From a virus (taxonomy: Duplodnaviria > Caudoviricetes): a DNA stretch of 60,145 bases. The notes below the pieces were generated by a model. That model saw nothing but the letters and a program-made list of their open reading frames with translations. It made no database searches and had not been told where the DNA came from. Below, piece after piece: positions 9,421-17,149 of the stretch. Made by a program: the position numbers and the translations under genes. Where the stretch lies: IMG/VR virus record IMGVR_UViG_3300023293_000013, positions 1 to 60,145 of that record. One strand, written 5' to 3'. How positions within the stretch are numbered: position 1 is the first letter of the stretch; the number at the start of each line of letters is the position of its first letter.

Positions 9421-9527
9421 TGATTAAATTAATTATTTTATTTTTACTTTTAAGTGGATGCACCAAAGATTTTAATCCTTGGACCAGTGTTTTAAAATAT
9501 ACTTATCAACACGCAACTAAACAATAA
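9420..9527 (+). CDS. Small lipoprotein (35 aa)
   Basis: MIKLIILFLLLSG|C lipobox; TAATG coupling. Confidence 0.6.
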   Translation: MIKLIILFLLLSGCTKDFNPWTSVLKYTYQHATKQ

Positions 9528-9528
9528 A

Positions 9529-9633
9529 ATGACTAGATACATACTTGAAAGAATATATCACTACTCAACTTATTTGACGTCATGGTCATGGCAAAAACTT
9601 TATGGTGATAAAACTAAACGAGGGAAAAAATAA
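9529..9633 (+). CDS. Small peptide (34 aa)
   Basis: MTRYILERIYHYSTYLTSWSWQKLYG...; coupled to 9633; motif shared with 25779-25916. Confidence 0.5.
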   Translation: MTRYILERIYHYSTYLTSWSWQKLYGDKTKRGKK

Positions 9634-10169
9634 TGGCATATACAAAAGAATACTATTTAAAAAATAAAGAAGAAATTATAAGAAAGAAAAAAATATATGA
9701 GTTAAAAAATAAAAAACAAATACTCGAAAGACAAAGAAATTATCAAAGTAAATACAGGAAAAATAATCCCCTCCAATTAAAAAAATCTATTTTAAAATAT
9801 AGTAATTCGGAAAAAGGTTATTTTGTTAATTTATGGCAGGTAATTAAAAGAAGAGATAAATTAAATTTGTTTAAAAATTTTGATGAATTTTATAATCACT
9901 GGTTAAAACAAAAAGTTAAATATGGGATGAAGTGTCCTGCGACAAAAGAAAAAATGACTACTAAAAGAGGTTTTACTAAACCAGGAGAAAAACAAAAAAG
10001 ATGTTTAACTAATATATCCACGGATAGAATAATATGTACAAAAAAATATACACCTAAAAATTTAATTTTTACAACTTGGAGATATAATAATGCTAAACAT
10101 AGTATAACACCTGAAATGGCAAAAGCTTTTTTAAGAATAGTTAAAGAAAGATATGGAGATAAAATATAA
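9633..10169 (+). CDS. HNH-like endonuclease paralog with a basic N-terminus
   Basis: KYSNSEKGY and NISTDRI...YTPKNLIF...NNAK align with 8742-9212; most Zn-binding Cys lost. Confidence 0.65.
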   Translation: MAYTKEYYLKNKEEIIRKKKIYELKNKKQILERQRNYQSKYRKNNPLQLKKSILKYSNSEKGYFVNLWQVIKRRDKLNLFKNFDEFYNHWLKQKVKYGMKCPATKEKMTTKRGFTKPGEKQKRCLTNISTDRIICTKKYTPKNLIFTTWRYNNAKHSITPEMAKAFLRIVKERYGDKI

Positions 10170-10879
10170 TGAATAAATGGACCTTTAAACAATTCGATTA
10201 CCCAACATCAACAAGAGCAATGATAGATGGAGAACGAGTCTATTCTATTAATAACGAAAAGTTACCAAGTGTTACAACTATTTTGCAAGCCACACAATCT
10301 GAAGAGAAGAAAAAAATTTTAGAGAACTGGAAGAAAAAGGTCGGGGCTGAGAATGCTGATAATATTAGAGATCAAGCTGCTGAACGAGGATCAGTGCTTC
10401 ATAGAATAGTTGAAAATCATATAACTAATACAAGACACCTAGATATGACGACACTAGGTGACACTGCTCATAAGATGGCCGATATACTGATTGGGAGCGC
10501 TTTAGACGACCGTTTAACTGAAGTGTGGGGAGTTGAACCTTATTTAGCTTACAAAGGCTTATGGGCCGGCCAAACGGATCTTATAGGTATACATGATGGA
10601 AGACTAACAGTCTGTGATCACAAAAATTCTAATAAGCCTAAACGTAAAGATTGGCTTCATGATTCTTATAGAATACAACTTGCGGCATATGCCATGGCCT
10701 TTGAGGATATGTTTGGTGAGAAAATTTATAGAGGAGTTAATTTTATAGTCACTAAAGATATGTATTACCAGGAGTTTTCTTGGGAAGGTCAAGAGTTTCG
10801 TGACGCTAAATACGATTGGTTAAGAGCGGTTGATAAATACTATAATCTAAGAGATACCGGAAAATTAGAATCACTATAA
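10169..10879 (+). CDS. PD-(D/E)XK exonuclease (MGME1/lambda-exo-like)
   Basis: LPSVTTIL, RGSVLH, E...AGQTD, DHK, QLAAYA. Confidence 0.85.
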   Translation: MNKWTFKQFDYPTSTRAMIDGERVYSINNEKLPSVTTILQATQSEEKKKILENWKKKVGAENADNIRDQAAERGSVLHRIVENHITNTRHLDMTTLGDTAHKMADILIGSALDDRLTEVWGVEPYLAYKGLWAGQTDLIGIHDGRLTVCDHKNSNKPKRKDWLHDSYRIQLAAYAMAFEDMFGEKIYRGVNFIVTKDMYYQEFSWEGQEFRDAKYDWLRAVDKYYNLRDTGKLESL

Positions 10880-10883
10880 ACTG

Positions 10884-10990
10884 ACTGTGGTAAATATGCC
10901 ACATTAGAACACTTTACTGTCACATTTATGCCACATTAGAACACTTTACTGTCACATTTATGCCACATTTAAGAACAATTTAAGAACACT
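10884..10990. repeat. Three 32-bp direct repeats
   Basis: ACTGT(GGTAAA/CACATT)TATGCCACATTAGAACACTTT at 10884, 10916 and 10948 (third copy degenerate). Confidence 0.9.
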
Positions 10991-11110
10991 TGTGTCAATA
11001 ATTTAATAGATGTTTTATTTAGAGAACATTAAAGGGTTACTTATTATTTATTAGTAAGGATTAGTGCGGCTTATTTAAGTAATTTTTAAGAGATGTGTTT
11101 TTAGGGTTTA

Positions 11111-11220
11111 GTTATTCCCTATTCTTCCCTCTACGTCCCTCTACGTCCCTATATGTCCCTATATGTCCCTATATGTCCCGTTGCGTCCCGTTGCGTCCCG
11201 TTGCGTCCCGTTGCGTCCAA
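11111..11220. repeat. Eleven 10-bp tandem repeats (iteron-like)
   Basis: NNNNNTCCC(T/G) units that drift CTACGTCCCT -> ATATGTCCCT -> TTGCGTCCCG. Confidence 0.92.
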
Positions 11221-11289
11221 TCAGGTTTCAGGCCCCAGGCTTCCGGGTGCTTTACATATATAAAATATAATGATAAAGACTATTGACAA

Positions 11290-11887
11290 ATGACATATAA
11301 AAATATAGAAGATAGGAATGCAAGCAGTAGAAGATATTATGCTAGAAACAAAGAAGAGCTTAGGCGTAAGCGTAGGGAACGTTATCGCAGGCTCAAAGGG
11401 AGAGATCAAGAAAGAGAAAAAAAAAATATATCAGAAAAACTGGTATCTTAAAAATGCAGAGATAAAAAAAAAGAAAAGACTTGTTTATTACTATAAAAAC
11501 AAAAATAAAAAGTGGTATAAAAAAATGAGAGCTAAACACTCTAGAAATTTGTATCAAAATAATTTTGAGTCTAAATTAAAAACAATTTTAAGGGTAAGAT
11601 TAATACATGCTTTAAATGGTAAATTAAAAAATGAATCAGCTTTAAACCTTTTAGGTTGTAACACGCAATGGTTGTGGCAACATTTAGAAAAACAATTTAA
11701 ACCAGGTATGACTAGAGAAAACCATGGAGAATGGCATATAGACCATATTAAACCATGTGCAGAATTTGACCTAAATAATCCAGAAGAACAAAAAAAATGC
11801 TTTCATTTCAGTAACTTACAGCCACTTTGGGCCAAAGAAAACATATCTAAAGGCGCTAAGTATGAAATGTTCTCCTATAGTAGATAA
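11290..11887 (+). CDS. HNH endonuclease, apparently split by a frameshift at the A10 tract 11417-11426
   Basis: C-terminal WHIDHIKPC...FHFSNLQPLWAKENISKG; frame-1 ORF 11290-11451 (MTYKNIEDRNASSRRYYARNKE) joins it if one A is removed. Confidence 0.75.
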
Positions 11888-12171
11888 TTTTACTGAATTG
11901 TTTTTTTATTTTTTTTAAAAAAAAAAGTAGTGGAACAAAGGAACATTTGTGTATACTTGAATATAAGTGTTGGTATAAGCAGATAGTAGACGAAAAAATG
12001 TTCTTAAACACCAAGAACATTGAAGAACATGATGGAACATTCAATGATTTCAATGACTTACAACTGTATACTTGAAATAAGCTAATAATAACAACAAAAA
12101 GTAAAAACCCAATAGAGAGTTATCGATTTGTTTCAATTCCTTGAATTGTAAATCAGTAAAAAAAGTGCTAT

Positions 12172-12603
12172 ATGAAAATTATGCGAAAGAAAACTAAAAC
12201 AAAACATTTTAAAAAAACACCTAGACCACTTCCAGTTGAGACTCATGGATTACCCAACAATGTTAGGATTGGTTACAAAGATGTTAAGATTAGATATGTT
12301 AGACCTGATTATAAAAAATGGGAATTGACTGATTGTTTTGGTGAATATGATTACAGACAAAATGTTATACAAGTTCAACATGATTTGTGTGGTCAAGAAA
12401 TGGCTAACACAATATTCCATGAGATTATGCACGCAGCTGTTCAGGTAGCAGGTTTAAATCAAGAAAAGCAAGCGTTAGAAAAACCAGAACATGAAGAGGC
12501 TGTAGTTAATCAATTAACAAATGTTATGATGGGTGTATTTAGAGATAACGATTGGATGATAGATATGCTTAGAACTCAATTAGAAGATACGGACCATGAT
12601 TAA
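12172..12603 (+). CDS. HExxH metallopeptidase (ImmA/IrrE/SprT-like)
   Basis: CFG.Y...I.V...NTIFHEIMHA...HEE.VV. Confidence 0.75.
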   Translation: MKIMRKKTKTKHFKKTPRPLPVETHGLPNNVRIGYKDVKIRYVRPDYKKWELTDCFGEYDYRQNVIQVQHDLCGQEMANTIFHEIMHAAVQVAGLNQEKQALEKPEHEEAVVNQLTNVMMGVFRDNDWMIDMLRTQLEDTDHD

Positions 12604-13115
12604 TCCGACGTTTCTAGGTTCTCTTTTGGCTCTTGCCTTACTTTGTCTATTAATTCTTCATACTCAACACCTTCTAGGATGGGTGAGTAATCATCTATTA
12701 TTTGTTTCATTCTCGATTCTAATTCTTCTGTTGATAAATCTTCAAGTTTCCCAGTCCTAATAATTTTTTGCTCTATATATAAACCTGCTGCTTTACCTCT
12801 AGCTACCTCTGCATTAACTGCAGCTGACCAGGCTTTCTTATCTCTAGCTTCATCTCTAAGTTTACCTAACTCTGATATATGATTACCAAATGTAACTTCA
12901 TATTGTTTTTGCCATTCTTCTCTAAGCTCACCTATGTATTGAACTACTAATGGAAATAATTTTGGATTCTGTAATTTACTAGCTGCTTGTCTTGCTGAGT
13001 CTTCTGCATAACCTGCTTCAATAGCACAAGCTGTAGCAGTTTTTCTACCTTGATCTGATATTAATAAATTAGCAAATCTTATTTGCTGTTCAGTTAATCT
13101 TTTAGGAATTCCCAT
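12600..13115 (-). CDS. terS: Terminase small subunit
   Basis: LTEQQIRFA...TATACAIEAGY...A...ASKL..P...YI.EL HTH pattern of Terminase_2-type proteins. Confidence 0.8.
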   Translation of the reverse strand: MGIPKRLTEQQIRFANLLISDQGRKTATACAIEAGYAEDSARQAASKLQNPKLFPLVVQYIGELREEWQKQYEVTFGNHISELGKLRDEARDKKAWSAAVNAEVARGKAAGLYIEQKIIRTGKLEDLSTEELESRMKQIIDDYSPILEGVEYEELIDKVRQEPKENLETSD

Positions 13116-13291
13116 TATAATTTTTCCTTAATTGAATCTAAATAATCCTGGTTGTCTTCATTCTCATTTTCTCTTTTAATGTCATTAAAACCAGTTTTCT
13201 TTTTACCAAAAATCTCATTCCAACGTTGTGAATAAACGTTATTACTTGGCCTTGATTTACCGTCCCACTGTCTAGCTTTATCTTTAGTCAT
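13115..13291 (-). CDS. Small hypothetical protein (58 aa)
   Basis: Manual translation MTKDKARQWDGKSRPSNNVYSQRWNEIFGKK...; TAATG-coupled to terS. Confidence 0.6.
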   Translation of the reverse strand: MTKDKARQWDGKSRPSNNVYSQRWNEIFGKKKTGFNDIKRENENEDNQDYLDSIKEKL

Positions 13292-13327
13292 TATGTCGCA
13301 TTTGTAAGTATTGATTATTTAACACAA

Positions 13328-13341
13328 CAATGTATACATTG
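13328..13341. promoter_or_regulatory. Perfect 14-bp palindrome between divergent transcription units (operator candidate)
   Basis: CAATGTATACATTG. Confidence 0.45.
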
Positions 13342-13420
13342 CAACAGTAGTTAGGTTAAAAAACATTAACAAATGTATTCTGGTTTACCTAATTATCTTT
13401 GTTTGTTTGTGGTTAAACAT

Positions 13421-13482
13421 ATCTGGCGTCGGCTTACGAAACTCCTGAGTACACTCATTGGGGTAGATACTGGGCGCCGGAT
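13421..13482 (+). ncRNA. Candidate structured 5' leader (extended hairpin with internal loop)
   Basis: ATCTGGCGTC/GGCGCCGGAT, ACTCC/GGGGT, TGAG/CTCA; wobble pairs are G-U on the + strand. Confidence 0.5.
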
Positions 13483-13496
13483 TTAAAATAAAAGTT

Positions 13497-13724
13497 ATGA
13501 ATGGAAGATTATTAAGACAAGTTTTAGACAAGATGATGAAAGGCAATTTGAACACCGGTAATGCTAGAGTTCAAGTTTGTTTGCCTGATGGACAATATTA
13601 TGATATTACATCTTTACAACTCATGGAAAATAAACTATTGGGTGTTAGAGAGTCACACCGACTAGTATTTACAGTTAAAGCTGAGACATGGAATATGGGT
13701 AAAGTTTTAAAGAAAATAGGCTAG
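13497..13724 (+). CDS. Hypothetical protein
   Basis: ORF track. Confidence 0.65.
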   Translation: MNGRLLRQVLDKMMKGNLNTGNARVQVCLPDGQYYDITSLQLMENKLLGVRESHRLVFTVKAETWNMGKVLKKIG

Positions 13725-13744
13725 CCTGTTAACTTAAAAATAAC

Positions 13745-14107
13745 GTGAAACCCGAGACTAAATTCTATGCAAAAGTTAAAAAAAATATTACATCTATATC
13801 CTGGATTAGGATTGAAAACCTTAGCGTTCCTGGTACTCCCGATCTATTGGGTTATAATAATTCTGGCGTCTTTTTCACTGTTGAACTGAAATATACAAAA
13901 ACAAACAAGGTTACCTTTTCCCCACACCAAATAGCGTTCCATGTGAAACATCCTGAGAACACTTTTATCCTAGTAGAGGATGCCTTAAGCCGGACTCCAA
14001 AACTTTATGGGGGCAAAGAGATCCGGAACCTGGTAGCCGGAGGCCTGAAGCTTGCACCAATGCTTCAGGGGTTTCCTCAAATAAAAATTTTTTTAGATAA
14101 TCTTTAG
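13745..14107 (+). CDS. VRR-NUC / Holliday-junction resolvase-like nuclease
   Basis: E...RIEN...PGTPD...VELK...SPHQIAF. Confidence 0.8.
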   Translation: MKPETKFYAKVKKNITSISWIRIENLSVPGTPDLLGYNNSGVFFTVELKYTKTNKVTFSPHQIAFHVKHPENTFILVEDALSRTPKLYGGKEIRNLVAGGLKLAPMLQGFPQIKIFLDNL

Positions 14108-14240
14108 AGCTTGTTGCTTGAAGCTTGAATCCGGAATCCGGGGGCTTCATGTCAATGTGACATATCATCCTGCGTCATTTTGTCGCAGCTTGAGGCTGCT
14201 TGTGGCTTGCAGCTTGAGGCTCCCCAGCTTGTGGCTTTTT
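14108..14240. repeat. GCTTG-core heptamer cluster with a TGCGTC-N5-GTCGCA box (module 1)
   Basis: gcttgtt gcttgaa gcttgaa tccggaatccgg ... ctgcgtcattttgtcgcag cttgagg ... Confidence 0.8.
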
Positions 14241-14273
14241 GTCCCTGCGACAATTTGTAGCACCAGCTGAATC

Positions 14274-14303
14274 AAAAAAAATCCGGGGCCAATGGCCCCG
14301 GAT
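14274..14303 (-). terminator. Intrinsic terminator of the leftward cassette
   Basis: ATCCGGGGCC-AAT-GGCCCCGGAT stem preceded by an A run (U tract on the minus strand). Confidence 0.8.
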
Positions 14304-14314
14304 CCAGGATAAAC

Positions 14315-14524
14315 TTATTTTGATAAACTTGATTTTTTCCAAGCCTCGAATGCTTTTTTCTCCAGCTCTTCTAATTTGTTTTCCCGGTCCAAAGCTTCGA
14401 ACACCGCTGATTGGATGCCTTTTATTTCGCTCCACGTGTCCACCATCATAAGCCTTCGCATAATGTGCAGCTTCAGGTGGTCGTTGTAATATTTGTCTAA
14501 ATCTTTTTTTCTGTCTGTTCGCAT
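14315..14524 (-). CDS. Early small hypothetical protein
   Basis: Has its own box promoter, AAAGGA RBS and terminator. Confidence 0.75.
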   Translation of the reverse strand: MRTDRKKDLDKYYNDHLKLHIMRRLMMVDTWSEIKGIQSAVFEALDRENKLEELEKKAFEAWKKSSLSK

Positions 14525-14562
14525 TTTTTATATCCTTTTTGTTTGTTTGTTTAACTGTATGC

Positions 14563-14607
14563 ATTATAGCAGAACCAGCAGGGATAAAAATATGACAGAT
14601 CGCCGCA
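14563..14607 (-). promoter_or_regulatory. Box-dependent promoter (RegA-like box plus TATAAT)
   Basis: Minus strand TGCGGCGATCTGTCAT-23 nt-TATAAT with extended TG. Confidence 0.75.
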
Positions 14608-14825
14608 GCTTGTCGCTTGAGGCTTGAACCCGGATTCCGGGCTCCTGCGTCAATGTGTCCGTCAACATGACAAATTGCCCTGCGACAATTTGCCGCAGCT
14701 TGCTGCTTCATTTTGACGCAGCCCTGCGGGCTGCGTAATCGGAACCTTTGTATCTTGGAGCTTGAGGCTTTTTGTTAAAGCTGGCTTGTGGCTTTTTTTT
14801 AAAGTTAGCTTGTGGCTTGTAGCCA
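14608..14825. repeat. GCTTG heptamers with three boxes (module 2)
   Basis: gcttgtc gcttgag gcttgaa cccggattccggg; boxes at 14645, 14680-14698 and 14703-14721. Confidence 0.75.
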
Positions 14826-14896
14826 TTGTCCCGGCACCAGGCTTCATGTATCTTTAGAGCCGCTGGGCTCAGTCTTATATCTTGATTATCTATCAT
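14708..14896 (-). CDS. Small hypothetical protein whose C-terminus runs into the repeats (KPQA)
   Basis: TAATG-coupled to 14896-15132. Confidence 0.5.
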   Translation of the reverse strand: MIDNQDIRLSPAALKIHEAWCRDNGYKPQANFKKKPQASFNKKPQAPRYKGSDYAARRAASK

Positions 14897-15132
14897 TATT
14901 TTACTTTCTTTTCTTTTACTTTAACAAATGCCATATATTTTAAATATCCATTTTGTTTATTTTTTTCTTCTTTATAGTTTTTAAATATATCCGTAATTAG
15001 ATCTAGTTTATTAGAAATATTACTTATTTCTTCAAATGTAATTGTTTGATTGTGAATTGATTTAATTTTTAACTTATGTACTAACTCATTAATTTTATAC
15101 AATTTGCTTTTTGTTTTTAAATCTAATTTCAT
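14896..15132 (-). CDS. Hypothetical protein
   Basis: ORF track; coupled. Confidence 0.6.
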   Translation of the reverse strand: MKLDLKTKSKLYKINELVHKLKIKSIHNQTITFEEISNISNKLDLITDIFKNYKEEKNKQNGYLKYMAFVKVKEKKVK

Positions 15133-15278
15133 TAGTTTAGTTTCTTTCTTTCTTTATTATCTTTTTTTAACCATTCAAAAAATTCCAAGCAATCTTTAAG
15201 ATACCAGGCCGGCAGGCTGCTGTGATCTTCTAAAAACCACGGCAGCAAATTACCTCTTTTTATTTTTCTTTTTTTCAT
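15132..15278 (-). CDS. Small hypothetical protein (48 aa)
   Basis: Manual translation MKKRKIKRGNLLPWFLEDHSSLPAWYLKDCLEFFEW... Confidence 0.6.
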   Translation of the reverse strand: MKKRKIKRGNLLPWFLEDHSSLPAWYLKDCLEFFEWLKKDNKERKKLN

Positions 15279-15279
15279 A

Positions 15280-15885
15280 TTAGTGCTTTCCATAACTTAC
15301 GTTTTTAATATCCTTGTTCCAACAGGCCCTGCAATCTAAGCATTGATTGCCCTGAGTCCCTGACGGACAAGTTGGTTTTCCATCTGTAACTACTGTTGAA
15401 GTATGCGGCCAGGCCTTAGGCGCAGCGCCGTCTACTTTAGCCCCGGACAATCTAATAATTAAATTGTCCGGGATCTCTTCAGGGTTAACAGCTAGGATAT
15501 ACTGACGCTCTTGCGTCGGTAACCAGTGTTTTGTGTTTGGTGTACGTTTACAAACATCAAAAATTTTTCTTAAATGATCCACGCTTTGAAGGTCCCCGGC
15601 ATCGTGCCACCTGAACCATTCTTGTTTTTGGATCTGTAGAGCCATAGCCTCGACCCATAAAGGGTGTTCAATTGCATCTAGTCTACGATACTGAGCTGCT
15701 TTAATAGCAGGGTATCTAATGTAATTATTTTTGAATGCATAGCATCCAAAGCATGGGGAGGTTGGTATCTTTCTAAGCTTTGCCCCCGTTTGACAAGCCC
15801 ATGCGGGCAAGCTGTAACTTTTACCAGGCATTTTTGAGGTCCTAGTTAATGAGTCTGTAATCTTTGCTGCTTCTTTTATTAACAT
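15280..15885 (-). CDS. Gp88-family (radical-SAM-like) protein
   Basis: SKMPG.S.SLPA..C..G...C..CYA, FRWHDAGD, HWLPT, CP...C..CRACW. Confidence 0.75.
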   Translation of the reverse strand: MLIKEAAKITDSLTRTSKMPGKSYSLPAWACQTGAKLRKIPTSPCFGCYAFKNNYIRYPAIKAAQYRRLDAIEHPLWVEAMALQIQKQEWFRWHDAGDLQSVDHLRKIFDVCKRTPNTKHWLPTQERQYILAVNPEEIPDNLIIRLSGAKVDGAAPKAWPHTSTVVTDGKPTCPSGTQGNQCLDCRACWNKDIKNVSYGKH

Positions 15886-15910
15886 AATTATATCCCTTTC
15901 TGTTTCCTAT

Positions 15911-15955
15911 ATAATACAGATCTTAAAATAAATTAAAACTGTACATATTGCCGCA
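15911..15955 (-). promoter_or_regulatory. Box-dependent promoter of the Gp88 operon
   Basis: Minus strand TGCGGCAATATGTACA-23 nt-TATTAT; AACAGAAAGGGA RBS downstream. Confidence 0.75.
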
Positions 15956-16066
15956 GGCGCCAAGCTTGCGGCTTGGCGCTTGAAGCTTGAGGCTAGCCTC
16001 AATAATGATTTAACGAATGTCCATTGCATTCAACCGCCTATTTTAACTGTCGCAGTTAACAGTTGA

Positions 16067-16340
16067 TCAGCCTCAACGCTCATGTCATGCCCTGGATTTA
16101 CAGCTTAGGTTTACAACTCCTTAACAGCATGACCATAGTAAACTACCGATCCCAAGCCACTTGCCGAAGACCCTTTCGGGGGTTAACCATAACAAGGTCA
16201 AGTGGCCAGGGATCAGCCCCGTAATTAAAGTCAGCTTCTCACTGACCATTGAACGGGGATCTCCGTACTTGCTTTTTCCGGTGCAAGTCCCGTTAAGATT
16301 TATAGTTTTATTCAGCGATAAATCTTCAAATGAGGCTGAA
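16067..16340 (-). ncRNA. Candidate ~275-nt multi-helix non-coding RNA
   Basis: Closing stem TCAGCCTCA/TGAGGCTGA enclosing several perfect stems; GAAA tetraloop on the minus strand; own promoter. Confidence 0.75.
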
Positions 16341-16345
16341 ATTAA

Positions 16346-16389
16346 ATATTAACATAATTGATTTTTAATTCCACGTGCAAACTGTCGCA
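16346..16389 (-). promoter_or_regulatory. Box-dependent promoter of the ncRNA
   Basis: Minus strand TGCGACAGTTTGCACG-22 nt-TAATAT with extended TG. Confidence 0.7.
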
Positions 16390-16391
16390 CC

Positions 16392-16460
16392 CTGAGGCTT
16401 GAAGCTTGAATCTCAAAATCATGTCAACATGACAAATTGTCCTGCGTCAATTTGTCGCAC
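16392..16460. repeat. GCTTG heptamers plus box (module 3) at the divergence point of early transcription
   Basis: gcttgaa gcttgaa tc...gtcaacatgacaaattgtc ctgcgtcaatttgtcgcac; near-copy of 14661-14698. Confidence 0.75.
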
Positions 16461-16475
16461 CCTGGAAAAATTCCA

Positions 16476-16520
16476 TGCGTCAATTTGGACAATGGTTTTT
16501 TTTTACAGATAAAATAAAAT
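16476..16520 (+). promoter_or_regulatory. Box-dependent promoter, cassette 1
   Basis: TGCGTCAATTTGGACA-23 nt-TAAAAT. Confidence 0.75.
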
Positions 16521-16556
16521 GCAAACTGTTTAACAATTAACAAAAAGGATAATACA

Positions 16557-17147
16557 ATGAAACCAATACGAAGCAATGAGTTAGAGTTTTTCAAAGAAAT
16601 GATTAGAGAAAAATTCTATGATAAAAAAGAAACGTTAAGAACTTATATAACAAGTGAAGCCCAAAAACTAAGCGATAAGAAACAACCTTTTATGGCTAAG
16701 CAATGTGGCGTTGAAACTGAACTCAAGAAACTAAAAGTAGTTGATGAGAAATATAGAGAGTTCAAACAAACAAAGCAACTTCAAGAACAAAAATTACTTG
16801 AAGCAGTTGAGGAAGTGGGTAGAACTTTAAGTGCCAAACTTCAACGAATGGCTAAAGCTAGAGATTGGGATAAAGATTTTTCCAACTTTAGTCCAAGAAT
16901 GGAAGGCGACAGCGTTGATTATTTTGTCAATAAATTAAATGATTGCTGTTATGATGAGGCCTACAAACAGGTCAAATCAAATCATACAGTATATAATCAA
17001 TTAAATAATATGAAGTCCGAATGTGAAATTATTTTGCATACAGGAAGCGACATCAATTCAGTTGTGACCACTTTAAAAGGTGCCATGAAAAAAGCTGATA
17101 TTGAATTACCTGTACCAAGTAATTTATTGCAGTTAGCTATAAAATAG
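16557..17147 (+). CDS. Early hypothetical protein (helical)
   Basis: AAAGGA RBS, own promoter. Confidence 0.8.
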   Translation: MKPIRSNELEFFKEMIREKFYDKKETLRTYITSEAQKLSDKKQPFMAKQCGVETELKKLKVVDEKYREFKQTKQLQEQKLLEAVEEVGRTLSAKLQRMAKARDWDKDFSNFSPRMEGDSVDYFVNKLNDCCYDEAYKQVKSNHTVYNQLNNMKSECEIILHTGSDINSVVTTLKGAMKKADIELPVPSNLLQLAIK

Positions 17148-17149
17148 AC

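Noticed and set aside
11095-11286. 63-aa ORF across the 10-bp repeats
   Set aside because: It is a product of the tandem repeat; no RBS, and the 10-bp unit does not preserve frame.
12015-12040. Additional LexA boxes
   Set aside because: GAAC spacing is N6 here, not N7.
14175-14847. ORFs 14175-14711, 14239-14451 and 14662-14847
   Set aside because: They are translations of GC-rich repeats and overlap a better supported gene, its promoter and its terminator.
16161-16352. 63-aa ORF on the + strand
   Set aside because: TTG start, no RBS, and it is antisense to the structured RNA that has its own promoter.
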